DNA of 63,000 bases, counting the filler, from Octopus bimaculoides (taxonomy: Eukaryota): NCBI RefSeq assembly GCF_001194135.2. It is 5 parts of 5 records of this genome, joined end to end, with 100 filler letters (N's around TTAATTAATTAA, not from the genome) between each part and the next. Parts side by side here need not be neighbours in the genome. Positions count along the whole stretch, not along the records: positions 1 to 25,806 come from NC_068982.1; positions 25,907 to 37,483 come from NC_068991.1; 3 more parts are not named here. One strand, given 5' to 3'. A model generated the notes under the pieces. That model saw only the letters and a list, made by a program, of their open reading frames with translations. It made no database searches and was not told the DNA's origin. Every line of letters starts with the position of its first letter. Positions within the stretch are counted from its first letter, which is position 1. Positions 25,595 through 36,835 of this stretch are shown piece after piece. The position numbers were made by a program, and so were the translations under genes.

Positions 25595-25790
25595 CTTGTT
25601 TCAGTCATTTGAATGTGGCCGTGCTGGAGCAAATCGAGCAAATCGACCCTAGAACTTATTCTTTGTAAGCCTAGTACTTATTCTATTGGTTTCTTTTGCT
25701 GAACCACTAAGTTAGGGGGATGTAAACACACCATCATCAGTTGTCAAGTGATGTTGGGGGAACAAACACAGATACACAAACATTATATAT
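25595..25790. mobile_element. SINE-like dispersed repeat family C, CpG-decayed copy
   Basis: ttgtttcagtcatttga..gccgtgctggagc..gaaccactaagtt..aaacacaccatcatcagttgtcaag. Homologous to 51636-51828. Confidence 0.75.
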
Positions 25791-25850
25791 ATATATATAT
25801 ATATATNNNNNNNNNNNNNNNNNNNNNNNNNNNNNNNNNNNNNNNNNNNN

Positions 25851-25862
25851 TTAATTAATTAA
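25851..25862. other. Synthetic gap linker TTAATTAATTAA (also 37528, 59217, 60638)
   Basis: Identical palindromic 12-mer embedded in N runs, with stop codons in all six frames. Confidence 0.9.
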
Positions 25863-26537
25863 NNNNNNNNNNNNNNNNNNNNNNNNNNNNNNNNNNNNNN
25901 NNNNNNAGTTTTTTCTTCTCGTTTCTCTTTATTCTTTTTTTTTTTTTTCTTAATTTCTCTTATTTATCTTTCTTATTATTTTTCATTTATATTCTATAAC
26001 TCAAAATCGTTAAGGTTTTGTATGGTTCGCTGCTGTACAGAATGGTACCTTACTTCTTTTATCCGAGCTTGGCATCAAACTTAACAGTGGTGCATTCCGA
26101 ATTGGCGTAGCTCTTCGCGTAGGCTCGGATGTTAGGATGTAAGTATAATAAAATGACTGATCCGAGAGAATATCATGTGCTTCTATTTTGGTATATTCCT
26201 ATTGGTCAAGTAGATCGTTATGACATCTCTCCTTCACTCTGTCTTCACATCTTTAAATCACAGCAAACAACAAGAATAATTTTGCTGTGTCTTCATATCT
26301 TCAAATTAGGGCATGAAAAAAAGGAATGCATAGAAAGGAAACAAATAGTATTTTGCTTTGTATGCTCCGATACGAATTTACAGATGTCAGTGCTTTATAT
26401 GTGACACGTAGGAAGCAAAAAGCACAAGACTTTGATGGTGCAATGGTGTTAAAACGAGCATACGGATGAATATATTTCAAATGCATTAATGGTGATGGTT
26501 CGTTTCTCGGCATACCAACTACAAAAGATTGCCTTAC

Positions 26538-26572
26538 CGTATACGGCCCCTGACCATGTGCGGGGCTGTCAT
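26538..26572 (-). CDS. Candidate alternative first coding exon (MTAPHMVRGRI-R)
   Basis: ATG at 26572 to strong donor CG|GTAAGG at 26537. Phase 2 matches 24776-24812. Speculative. Confidence 0.18.
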
Positions 26573-26869
26573 TGAACAAATATATCTAGTAATAAATGGA
26601 CGACATTGAGAGAAGCAATTATTAAAGGAATGACTTTATAGCTTAACACTAGTGCATCATTAGCTTTGTTATTTCAAATACTCTTACGGATGTAGTTTAG
26701 AGTTATCGAGGGAGCCCCTTCGTGGACATTTGGCCACTTAGAAATAGCAACCAAAACTCTCTAAAATCTGTCACCTTTAACGAAAGAAGAACGTGTAGCA
26801 AGATTCGAAACCGAATCGAAAAATTGCTAAGTTAAAATCACAACTTAGTTACAGCTCTTTTATGAGATC

Positions 26870-26960
26870 GGCCGAATTATCGACCAATCAGTAGGCAGAC
26901 ATCACGTGATGCATCATTCTAGGAGCTTCCAGAATACTATCCTAACAAGGCCTATAAATA
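26870..26960. promoter_or_regulatory. Promoter-like motif cluster in a CpG-rich island
   Basis: GACCAATCAG (~26882), ATCACGTGAT (~26900) and CTATAAATAG (~26952) within ~80 bp. Confidence 0.4.
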
Positions 26961-27671
26961 GGTACGTTTTGAGTGCCGAACTTTAGTTTGTGGCCGCTCG
27001 CAGTTAAGCTAACCACATATTCATTTTGCTGTTTTAAACAGTCGTTATCACGACTCTTTACTCAATGTAGTCAGCAGCTACTGTTAGCCGGCGTGAACCC
27101 AATGTATACATTTTCTCCTATCTAAACAACTTGATTGCAGAGCCTTTTTAATTAACTATTTGTAAGAGCTACATAATTGTCCTTTCTCTGTGTAAACTGT
27201 GTTGTCGCAATTTTTAATTCACGACCAATATGGAAATTATTTGTGTTGCAAAACAAAATTCTGTTAATTGTTCACAAGTGCTGTGCATTCATTATACGCA
27301 GCCTGAACCCAACTCGACTACCAACATCTCATATATACTTCGTCTATCGTGGGAGTTTTCATCTACACTCAGTTACAGATGTATTGGATAATATAGTCCA
27401 AGAATGCAGAAAGATAAAATATCGACAAAGAAATTACAAAGTAGTTAAAGAGTTGACAAAATGCTCAGTCAGATAATCGACTTGAAAATACCAAGTTTAT
27501 TTCACAGAAATTTTTTTAAATATGTTTTAAAACTGAAACAAGTTGTTAAAGGAACCTTACTAAAAAGAAAATTTATTTAGTAAAATATTAAAATAAATCT
27601 TTTTTATTCAGTAAAACTCTTAAAATACTTATTAAAACATTTAAAAATATTTTTTTTAATATTTCGTACAA

Positions 27672-27767
27672 GCTTTGGCTGTACATATTCTAAAATTGGA
27701 ACGATACAGATTAACATGGCTCCTGCGCAATGATAACACGCAAATTCGTGAAGCGTTCCATATTATT
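27672..27767 (+). pseudogene. U6: U6 snRNA pseudogene
   Basis: gctttggctgtacatattctaaaattggaacgatacag[~5-nt deletion]attaacatggctcctgcgcaatgataacacgcaaattcgtgaagcgttccatatt aligns to nearly all of U6. The ACAGAGA box is disrupted. Confidence 0.92.
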
Positions 27768-27769
27768 CT

Positions 27770-27975
27770 TAGATGGCGATCTGGCAGAATCGTTAGTACC
27801 TCGAGTAAAATGCTTAGCAGCATTTCGTCCGTCATTACATTCTGTGTCCAAATTCCGCCGAGGTCGACTTTACCTTTCGTCCTTTCGGGGTTAGGGTTAC
27901 CAGTTGAGCACCGGGGTCGATGTAATCGACTTATCCTCTCCTCGAAGTTGCTGGCCTTGTGTCAAAATCTGAAAC
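27770..27975 (+). mobile_element. tRNA-derived SINE family A
   Basis: atggcgatctggcagaatcgttag...caaattccgccgaggtcgacttt...gtcgatgtaatcgac. Abuts the U6 3' end. Confidence 0.85.
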
Positions 27976-28371
27976 TAATATTTTTAAATATTTTACCAAA
28001 ACTTTTTTAAAAATAAAAATTAAATATTACTAAATATTAAAGCAATATGGCTGATACATTTATCGAACCTCGCGAATCAGAATTAGATACATATAAATAA
28101 AAATTAAAAATATCTTTTTTAAAAGCTTACTTTTTAAAAACGCTTATTCTAAATTTTTATTGAAATAAAAAAAAATTGAAAAAATATTCATTTTTGAAAA
28201 TATTTTGGTTTTTTTTTACTAAATTAAAATTTTTGTCAAAGTTCTTTAATACTTGACTTCTGTTTTATTAAAAAGAAAAAGCTGCCATAAATAATGTTTT
28301 AAAATTAAAGTTATTGATTTCAAATGTTGGCACAAGGACAATAAGTTCAGATGATAAGTTCAGATGCTCAA

Positions 28372-28490
28372 CTGGTACTGATATTACCGACTCCGGAAGG
28401 ATGAAATGTATAGTCGTCTTCGACAACATTTGAAATCAGAACGTAAAGACGGACAAATGCCGCTAAGCGTTTTTCCCAGTGCAGTAACGA
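28372..28490 (-). mobile_element. SINE family A partial copy (another decayed piece at ~28860-29000)
   Basis: actggtactgatattaccgactccggaaggatgaaa...tttgaaatcagaacg...gccgctaagc. Confidence 0.7.
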
Positions 28491-29275
28491 TTAAAATTAA
28501 AGTAATCTATTAAGATGAAGCTATAAATGGTGAGGCCTGGACCTTGGGGGATGGTCGAATCATAAGTTGTGAGGACCTCTTTACAATGGTCATTAACTTT
28601 CGTATATTTTCATTTGTGTCACATTAGCCCCAAGAAAGAGATATTTGTTGCAGAATTAATTCAATGTTAGATTGTTCTAGATGGATTCCTACTCTTGAAA
28701 CTAACGTCTAAGTGGTTGATTATTCCGCAAACATGTCAACCCTCAACACATTTCTCAAGCCGAATCGGCGTGACACAGTGTGACAAACAGCACCTTTGAA
28801 TTACATGCATAATCCAGGGAGAAAGTGAAAGAGAGAAGAATCGATCTCATTATTGAACTACAGCACTTTATTTATCGACCCTAAAAGGAAGAAATGCTAA
28901 ATTTATATCTGTGAGATTTGAACTCAGATTTCAGAGGCTTACGGAATAAATAGCGCAAAGCATTCTATCCGATGCTCTAAAGATTATGCCAATTTGCTGT
29001 CTTAGCTTCAACGGTATACTTGCAATATTTTTCATCAACATGAAAGTACACTACATCAAGCTTCATATAGAAAAGCTCATAGGTTCGCTTACTTATTCTA
29101 CGTAGATTTCAGCATAGTTATTATGGGTATTGCTGTAATTTTGGGCTCCCGCAAATCAGAGGGAGATTTCACGGCTAATGCAAAAAATCAAAATTGGTAT
29201 ATGAAATAATTGTGAAACTATTATTTCAAATCATTTGCCGAACAAGTGAAGTTTTTCCAATACAAAAATCTATAT

Positions 29276-29315
<40 letters not shown>

Positions 29316-29959
29316 ATGTATGTATATTAGGAGTGAGAGACGCCTGGTCTTTGTTAAGACATCCCTCTTGGAGAAGGTTAATTCGTATATAAAACTCGCT
29401 GCTCTACAGATCCGGATATCTTGCATTTTGCTTGTCTCTGGACTTATTGGTATTGCTAGTGATAGTCGTTGTAGTATTGTGCAAGCTGCACCTAACTTAA
29501 AACAAGTGCGCGGGCATAGGTGACACTTCCCTATCAGCAATAGTCGTACTCGTCTAACGAGTTGACACTCATCATCAAGTATGCATGTAATAAGTTCGTT
29601 GTGGTATATAACTCAGGTGTTTACCATATGAAGTACAACCACCCACTCTAACCAAAATGTCCAGGCCTCTCTCCCAAGAACATCGGCCCTCCGGAATCTT
29701 TTCCTTTTTGTTTCTTGCAGGTGTAGACATGAAACATTTTAAAGAGAACATTAAGAGCATCACACTCACTGGCCTCAGAAGGTCTGAAAAAGCCATGGAG
29801 AATATCGCTTCCTCTAGTTTCAGCAAGTGCAATAACAATAATAATAATAATTATAAATTCTGACCCAGAACCGGTAGTCAGACTTAAATTTAGGCAACAA
29901 CAGCAGTTGCAGTGATTATTCCAGATCTGAACTTGGAAATATCACAACCACAAGGACTT

Positions 29960-30130
29960 ATTGTGAGATGCAAAAAGTGTTCTAGAAAGACCTCCCTTTC
30001 ATTACATCAATTTCTTGCATCCATATTAGAACCCGCTGCAGTTTCCGTTGCTATTTCACTCCAGCGAAAGACAATGAAAACTAGGTTTACCGAGTCGAAG
30101 GTAAATGTCACCAAATATCACAACTGGATT
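29960..30130 (-). mobile_element. Possible LINE APE-endonuclease remnant
   Basis: Minus strand PVVIFGDIYLRLG...E*NSNG loosely resembles the APE GDFNAR.G..NENG motif. Confidence 0.3.
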
Positions 30131-30287
30131 ACAGACTCGTTATTTGCGAGTACGATTTCCGTTTCTTTCTCTGACTCAGGTAGCTGAGCTCAAGAATACT
30201 ACTATGAAATGTAATCTAAAATTGAAGAAGCAAGATCACAAAGGATTACACCATGTAGTTGGGCTCAAGAACATTACTACGATGTGT

Positions 30288-30670
30288 TGTTGGCACTCCG
30301 TCGCTTACGACGTCGAGGGTTCCAGTTGATCCGATCAACGGAACAGCCTCCTCGTGAGATTAACGTGCAAGTGGCTGAGCACTCCACAGACATGTGTACC
30401 CTTAACGTAGTTCTCGGGGATATTCAGCGTGACACAGTGTGACAAGGCTGATCCTTTGAATTACAGGCACAACAGAAAGAGGAAGTAAGAGTGAAAGAAA
30501 GTTGTGGTGAAAGAGTACAGCAGGGTTCGCCACCCCCGCCCCTGCCGGAGCCTCGTGGAGCTTTATGTGTTTTCGCTCAATAAACACTCACAACGCCCGG
30601 TCTGGGAATCGAAACCGCGATCCTATGACCGCGAGTCCGCTGCCCTAACAACTGGGCCATTGCACCTCCA
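30288..30670 (-). mobile_element. Full-length tRNA-derived SINE family B with 11-bp TSD
   Basis: Head TGGAGGTGCAATGGCCCAGT (A box)...GGTTTCGATTCC (B box). TSD CTACGATGTGT at 30277-30287 and 30671-30681. Confidence 0.92.
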
Positions 30671-31273
30671 CTACGATGTGTAATCCAAAATTAAATACGC
30701 AAATTACAGTGGGTCAGATATCATGAAAAACAATTCAGAGCTGCAATGTATCAAAATATTGAAGATCACAAAACCCGCTATCTATTAGAGTCAGCAGCGG
30801 CTTAGGGATATTTGGATTTAAACTATATGGTTCATATATCCTACTCCAAAAGCTTGTACGCATGCGCAACCTTTTTAAAGAAGTGGTCGACTCATCATCA
30901 GGCAAGCAGCACAACTAAAAAATCTCAAGGTAATTTTTTTGTTTAGGTGTGCCATTCAGAAAGTCTTGCGGGGTTTTTTTTCTTAGAGATGGCTTACATT
31001 TTACTTACTTAGACAATAATACAATTACTTCAAGGACAATTATGATATTCAATACACTATCTACACGAACGACAAATTTTTTCTAACTGGTTGCCAGTCA
31101 CCGAGATCACAGGCTAACACAACGGCACACATTACACATAGGTATATTTAACATACAGCATACACATAATCAATACAAACATATTGAGTAAACACACCTC
31201 ACTACAAAAAACACAATGCAAATACTAAATACATTATTTCAAGTTAGCATGTTCATGTTAATATACGTAAACA

Positions 31274-31359
<86 letters not shown>

Positions 31360-31986
31360 CATACATACATACATACATACATATTATGTACAATAACTTT
31401 TTGTTTGANNNNNNNNNNNNNNNNNNNNNNNNNNNNNNNNNNNNNNNNNNNNNNNNNNNNNNNNNNNNNNNNNNNNNNNNNNNNNNNNNNNNNNNNNNNN
31501 NNNNNNNNNNNNNNNNNNNNNNNNNNNNNNNNNNNNNNNNNNNNNNNNNNNNNNNNNNNNNNNNNNNNNNNNNNNNNNNNNNNNNNNNNNNNNNNNNNNN
31601 NNNNNNNNNNNNNNNNNNNNNNNNNNNNNNNNNNNNNNNNNNNNNNNNNNNNNNNNNNNNNNNNNNNNNNNNNNNNNNNNNNNNNNNNNNNNNNNNNNNN
31701 NNNNNNNNNNNNNNNNNNNNNNNNNNNNNNNNNNNNNNNNNNNNNNNNNNNNNNNNNNNNNNNNNNNNNNNNNNNNNNNNNNNNNNNNNNNNNNNNNNNN
31801 NNNNNNNNNNNNNNNNNNNNNNNNNNNNNNNNNNNNNNNNNNNNNNNNNNNNNNNNNNNNNNNNNNNNNNNNNNNNNNNNNNNNNNNNNNNNNNNNNNNN
31901 NNNNNNNNNNNNNNNNNNNNNNNNNNNNNNNNNNNATATGCATTTATATATATATGTATACATATATATGTGTGTGTGTATGTGTG

Positions 31987-32656
31987 TATAGAGAGATTTA
32001 TAATAGTATAAAATACAATTATAATTAATGGCATAGAAGAGACTATGTCTATGCTGAAAATAGGCGTCAAACCACTTAAAATTATTACTTTTACAGTACA
32101 CACGTGTTGAAATCGAGGGAGTAGGTTCGCAGAAATTCATAAAATAGTCAGCCTTAGATTGATCAATTTCTGGATCAGTCTAATAACCTTTCCTCATCAG
32201 CAAGGCATACTGAGGGAAGTAAATGAGATATTTATACATACCCACGGGGAAGCAGACACAAAGCAACGATTACTTACAAATACCACAAATATATCCGCAT
32301 TTGAATTTCGTAGTCTACCTCAGCGCGTGTATATTTGGTCAGAGTAGTATAGAAGTGATTAGACTGTCCCGGTGTGAATGGAAATTATTCAATTATAATA
32401 ATAAAGGATAAATATCTCATTTATATTACCCTCAGTATGCCTTGCTGATGAGGAAAAGTTATTAGACAATTCCAGAAATTAATCGAACCACGGCTAATTA
32501 TTTTATAAATTTCTGTGAACCTACTCCCTCGATTTCAACACGTGTGTACTATAAAAATGATAATTCTAAGTGATTTGACGATTTAGCGCCTATTTTCAGC
32601 TTAGGTTCTTAATTTTCTAAGCTCTTAATTTTAACTGTATTTTATAAATCTCTATA
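31987..32656. repeat. ~670-bp fold-back element with ~250-bp inverted arms
   Basis: gtacacacgtgttgaaatcgagggagtaggttc (32097) vs gaacctactccctcgatttcaacacgtgtgtac (32518); tcctcatcagcaaggcatactgaggg vs ccctcagtatgccttgctgatgagga. Confidence 0.92.
32151..32206 (-). ncRNA. Type I hammerhead-ribozyme motif (decayed mirror copy on plus strand at 32439-32494)
   Basis: gccttg CTGATGA ggaaaggttattagactgatcca GAAA ttgatcaa TC taaggc: 6-bp stem I, palindromic helix III (ATTGATCAAT), AUC cleavage triplet. Base of stem II is irregular. Confidence 0.65.
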
Positions 32657-32750
32657 TAGGAATTCACCCTAATAGGTCTATCTTATATGCTGGCCACTGA
32701 TAAAATCTTCAACGATTTTATCCTTCATTATAATAAATAAATATATATAT

Positions 32751-32817
<67 letters not shown>

Positions 32818-33477
32818 CATATACATATTTATGTATATATGCATATATGTATGTATATGGATATATGTATTGCGTAACTGTATATGTATGAACACAGTAT
32901 CTATTAATGTATGCATGTATATATGTATATCAAGGCTATTTCGTCCATGAATGAAACACACAATGCATAGCTAACGTATAAAAATGAACGTAAATCATAA
33001 ATTCGATTTTAAATTATATTTTTCAATCTTATAAGAAAGAAACAGCTGGAGAGAAAAGAGAAGGGCAGAGAGTACATACATGTTATATATGCATTCTAAT
33101 AGTATTATATAGCTTTGATTTTTGAAAGAACATACTCTTAGTTTTTAAGTACGATTCCTCGTATCAGGAATCAGCACTGATCCGACATGCTTCCTTTATT
33201 ATATGTAGGTGGTTACATGGCAGACATTTTGTTCAGCGCATTTCAGTTCGTTTGTGTTCAAATCTGATTTAACCAATTTTTCCACACGAAATACTACTTA
33301 CCACGCATACACATGTATTAACCCATTACCATTCAGAACACTCTCTCTAATGTAATACTTACTTATTCACAGTTATGAATTGACCAAGCATTATCTCGTA
33401 TCTTAGAATGAGATTGTATGGTAGACATGAGAGGCCAGATTTGTTCGGTTTTAACATAAAAGCAGGTATAGGATCGA

Positions 33478-33910
33478 TGGCTTCGATAGCAGAGCCCTGA
33501 GAACCATCGAGAACATCAGATGGTACCTTCACGTTTCCAGCAAAGAATTGCGTGCACGCACGCATCAGACCGCCCCCTCCCACCTCATAGCTATCCGTCG
33601 CATGCGCTGATGGGGACATGTTATCCGTCTCCCGCTAGATCATCCGACCAGGGCTTTATTCTCGTTCAACACAACAACTGCGGGCTGGAAGCGGCCTCGT
33701 GGCAGGCCCCGTATCGGATGGCGGGACATAATTGGGAAAGATCTCCAGAGGCTCGATGTCACCCTGAAGGATGCTGAGGGGCTGGCATGGAACTGCCAAC
33801 GATGGAAAGCACTGATGGATCTGGTCAGCTCTATGCATGATGACGTCTTTGAGACCGCTAACCTGGGATGAACCCAGTCCCATCAAGCAAGAGCACGAAG
33901 CAAGCAAGCA
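33478..33910 (+). mobile_element. RTE-like LINE 3' end with (GCAA)n tail
   Basis: FDSRALRTIENIRW..RRMR*WGHVIRL..WKRPRGRPRIGWRD..RWKAL, ending in gcaagcaagcaag. Confidence 0.85.
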
Positions 33911-34466
33911 AGAATATTTGGGCCAAATCTAGCCAACTTCAAATGCTATACTCCCGTTCAACATATTTGTCACCAACATATTTGCCACCAACATATTTGT
34001 CTCACCTTCGCCATATTTCCTTCAGCTTAAATCACGTTACACTTTTTTACCCACTATCTTGTTAACATCGCTAACTACTGTCATGACCCAATAAGTGTTT
34101 ATTGAGCACAGACCTGTGTTTCTGTATCACAAACATACACGTAAACAACATGAATATGTATATGGTATAGGTCAAGCTGCGCATTCGATTATCTTTGATC
34201 GGTTGAAAATTCTATAACGTTGAACACTTGGGTGATTATCTGAAAAAACCCCCACTAATCAATAGAATATTATTAAATGTTGGTGCAAACAACTTAAGAC
34301 AGCTCTCGACATAAAATCTACAGTTTAATATTTTTTTCTATATATAACGACATAAAAATCAACATTAATATATTAATAATATATAATATTCAATATGTGT
34401 GTGTGTGCACGCGCGCGCGTGCGTTTGTGTGCGTGCGTGTGTGTGTGTGTCTGTGTGTGTCTGTGT

Positions 34467-34502
<36 letters not shown>

Positions 34503-35794
34503 NNNNNNNNNNNNNNNNNNNNNNNNNNNNNNNNNNNNNNNNNNNNNNNNNNNNNNNNNNNNNNNNNNNNNNNNNNNNNNNNNNNNNNNNNNNNNNNNNN
34601 NNNNNNNNNNNNNNNNNNNNNNNNNNNNNNNNNNNNNNNNNNNNNNNNNNNNNNNNNNNNNNNNNNNNNNNNNNNNNNNNNNNNNNNNNNNNNNNNNNNN
34701 NNNNNNNNNNNNNNNNNNNNNNNNNNNNNNNNNNNNNNNNNNNNNNNNNNNNNNNNNNNNNNNNNNNNNNNNNNNNNNNNNNNNNNNNNNNNNNNNNNNN
34801 NNNNNNNNNNNNNNNNNNNNNNNNNNNNNNNNNNNNNNNNNNNNNNNNNNNNNNNNNNNNNNNNNNNNNNNNNNNNNNNNNNNNNNNNNNNNNNNNNNNN
34901 NNNNNNNNNNNNNNNNNNNNNNNNNNNNNNNNNNNNNNNNNNNNNNNNNNNNNNNNNNNNNNNNNNNNNNNNNNNNNNNNNNNNNNNNNNNNNNNNNNNN
35001 NNNNNNNNNNNNNNNNNNNNNNNNNNNNNNNNNNNNNNNNNNNNNNNNNNNNNNNNNNNNNNNNNNNNNNNNNNNNNNNNNNNNNNNNNNNNNNNNNNNN
35101 NNNNNNNNNNNNNNNNNNNNNNNNNNNNNNNNNNNNNNNNNNNNNNNNNNNNNNNNNNNNNNNNNNNNNNNNNNNNNNNNNNNNNNNNNNNNNNNNNNNN
35201 NNNNNNNNNNNNNNNNNNATATATATATATATATATATAACTCGACATAAAAGAAAACATTAATATATAGGACCTGTAGCAGGACCCGTAAACATTTCAC
35301 GGAATTAATGGTAAACCTATTGGGTTATTTCTGAAAACTTTATCCAAATACCCTGAAAGCGTAGCCTATGTTGTGTCTATATCAAAAGATAGTCGCTCAT
35401 CTTCTACTCATTGAAAAGTGTAAGAAATTAAAATACGATGGTTACTTAATGCATTTTATATACTTTATGCACAATTTTATAGATTTAATACACAGCACTC
35501 ATAAAATAAATATTCACTCATATTTTTCCATTTTCCCCATAAACAAAAAAATATATCCCGTACATATGATACAACCTTTAGTTAAATTGCATACATATGT
35601 CACGTGAATAAGCGTGAATATTTCACGGAATTGCACTTACGTGCATGCGTTAAATGAGAGGTGATAAAAAAAAATTAATTCAATTAAAGAAAATACACTT
35701 TTCACTATCCAATCACCGCCATCACCACCTCCACTACCACCACTACCACCACCATTATTCCTCTCCCTCCCTCCCTCTCTCTCTCTTTCTTTCT

Positions 35795-35844
<50 letters not shown>

Positions 35845-36089
35845 CTTTAACCTCACCATCAGAACATATTTAGCATACGTTGACCATATATTTAACGGAA
35901 AACCATAATAATATTACGTTTATATATTCGTTTTGTAAGATTCTTGATGTGAAATCGTGTGTTGAAACAGATATCGTTATATTTGGGGATGATCATGTTG
36001 CCAGTTTAGCCAATAAAAACACACACACTATATATTTGGTCACATGAGCACCAAGGAAGAAATGATCTGATTGTGGGACCTCCAAGACT

Positions 36090-36835
36090 GAGACAGCTTG
36101 GGATTTAAGGAATATTAGCCGCATGTGGGAAACCTGGACAAACAACAAAGCCATTTTCATCACCTCCGAACTTCCTCATATACCGAAAACCACCAGAAAC
36201 CGCATCCTCAGGACCATGGGTTCCGTGCGAGAACCCCTGCAACTGCCTCCTCATATGGGCCCAAAAGTACATGACGTTAGACATGAGTTGTATTCTGTTC
36301 ACTGACGAAACTAGAGCGACCCTTGACGGACCTGACGGTTGGGGAAATGGTTGGGTCTATTTTGGAGATTAGCGTCACTAACGTTTACAACATTTACAAC
36401 AGGGTGGAGGAGTCATGTTGTGGGCTGGTATCATTTGGGACAGACTTGTTGTCCCAGTCAGGGTGCCTCAAGGGTTTAAAGTGACCGCAGCAGTCTACTG
36501 CAGTTTTCTGAAGGAGGTTTTGGATCCTCGGCTAGATGACATACCGCTGTCACTTCTAAGGAATCTCGTATTCATGCATTACAACGCTCCCTCCCACTCT
36601 GTTAAGATGACCCAAACATTCCTAGGGTCTTACGGCATACAAGGTGAAAGGTTGATGGTGTGACCGCTAACATCTCCGGATCTCAACCCTATCGAAAATC
36701 TATGGTCCATCATTAAACAAGATGTTTATGCCGATGGACGCCAATTTACGTCGAAAGATGTCTTATGGGCAACCATCAACGTTGCAGTAGAGGCAATCCA
36801 ACCTGTTACTATTAAGAAATTGACAGATTCTAATA
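36090..36835 (+). mobile_element. Decayed Tc1-like (DD34E) transposase
   Basis: ILFTDETRATLDGPDG, GGVMLWAGI, FMHYNAPSH, SPDLNPIENLWSIIK. Confidence 0.9.

Noticed and set aside
26301-26579. ORF MFNDSPAHGQG... as a Helitron or P-loop remnant
   Set aside because: Resemblance too weak to support.
27672-27767. Functional U6 gene
   Set aside because: 5' end truncated, ACAGAGA box deleted, several substitutions.
30590-30670. tRNA genes at SINE family B heads (also ~45075-45152, ~48485-48561)
   Set aside because: A and B boxes are present but continue into a shared SINE body bounded by TSDs.
33958-34003. Short tandem repeats (15-bp x3 here; 13-bp x3 at ~48802-48845; 30-bp period at 1-50)
   Set aside because: Ordinary slippage products with nothing further to support.
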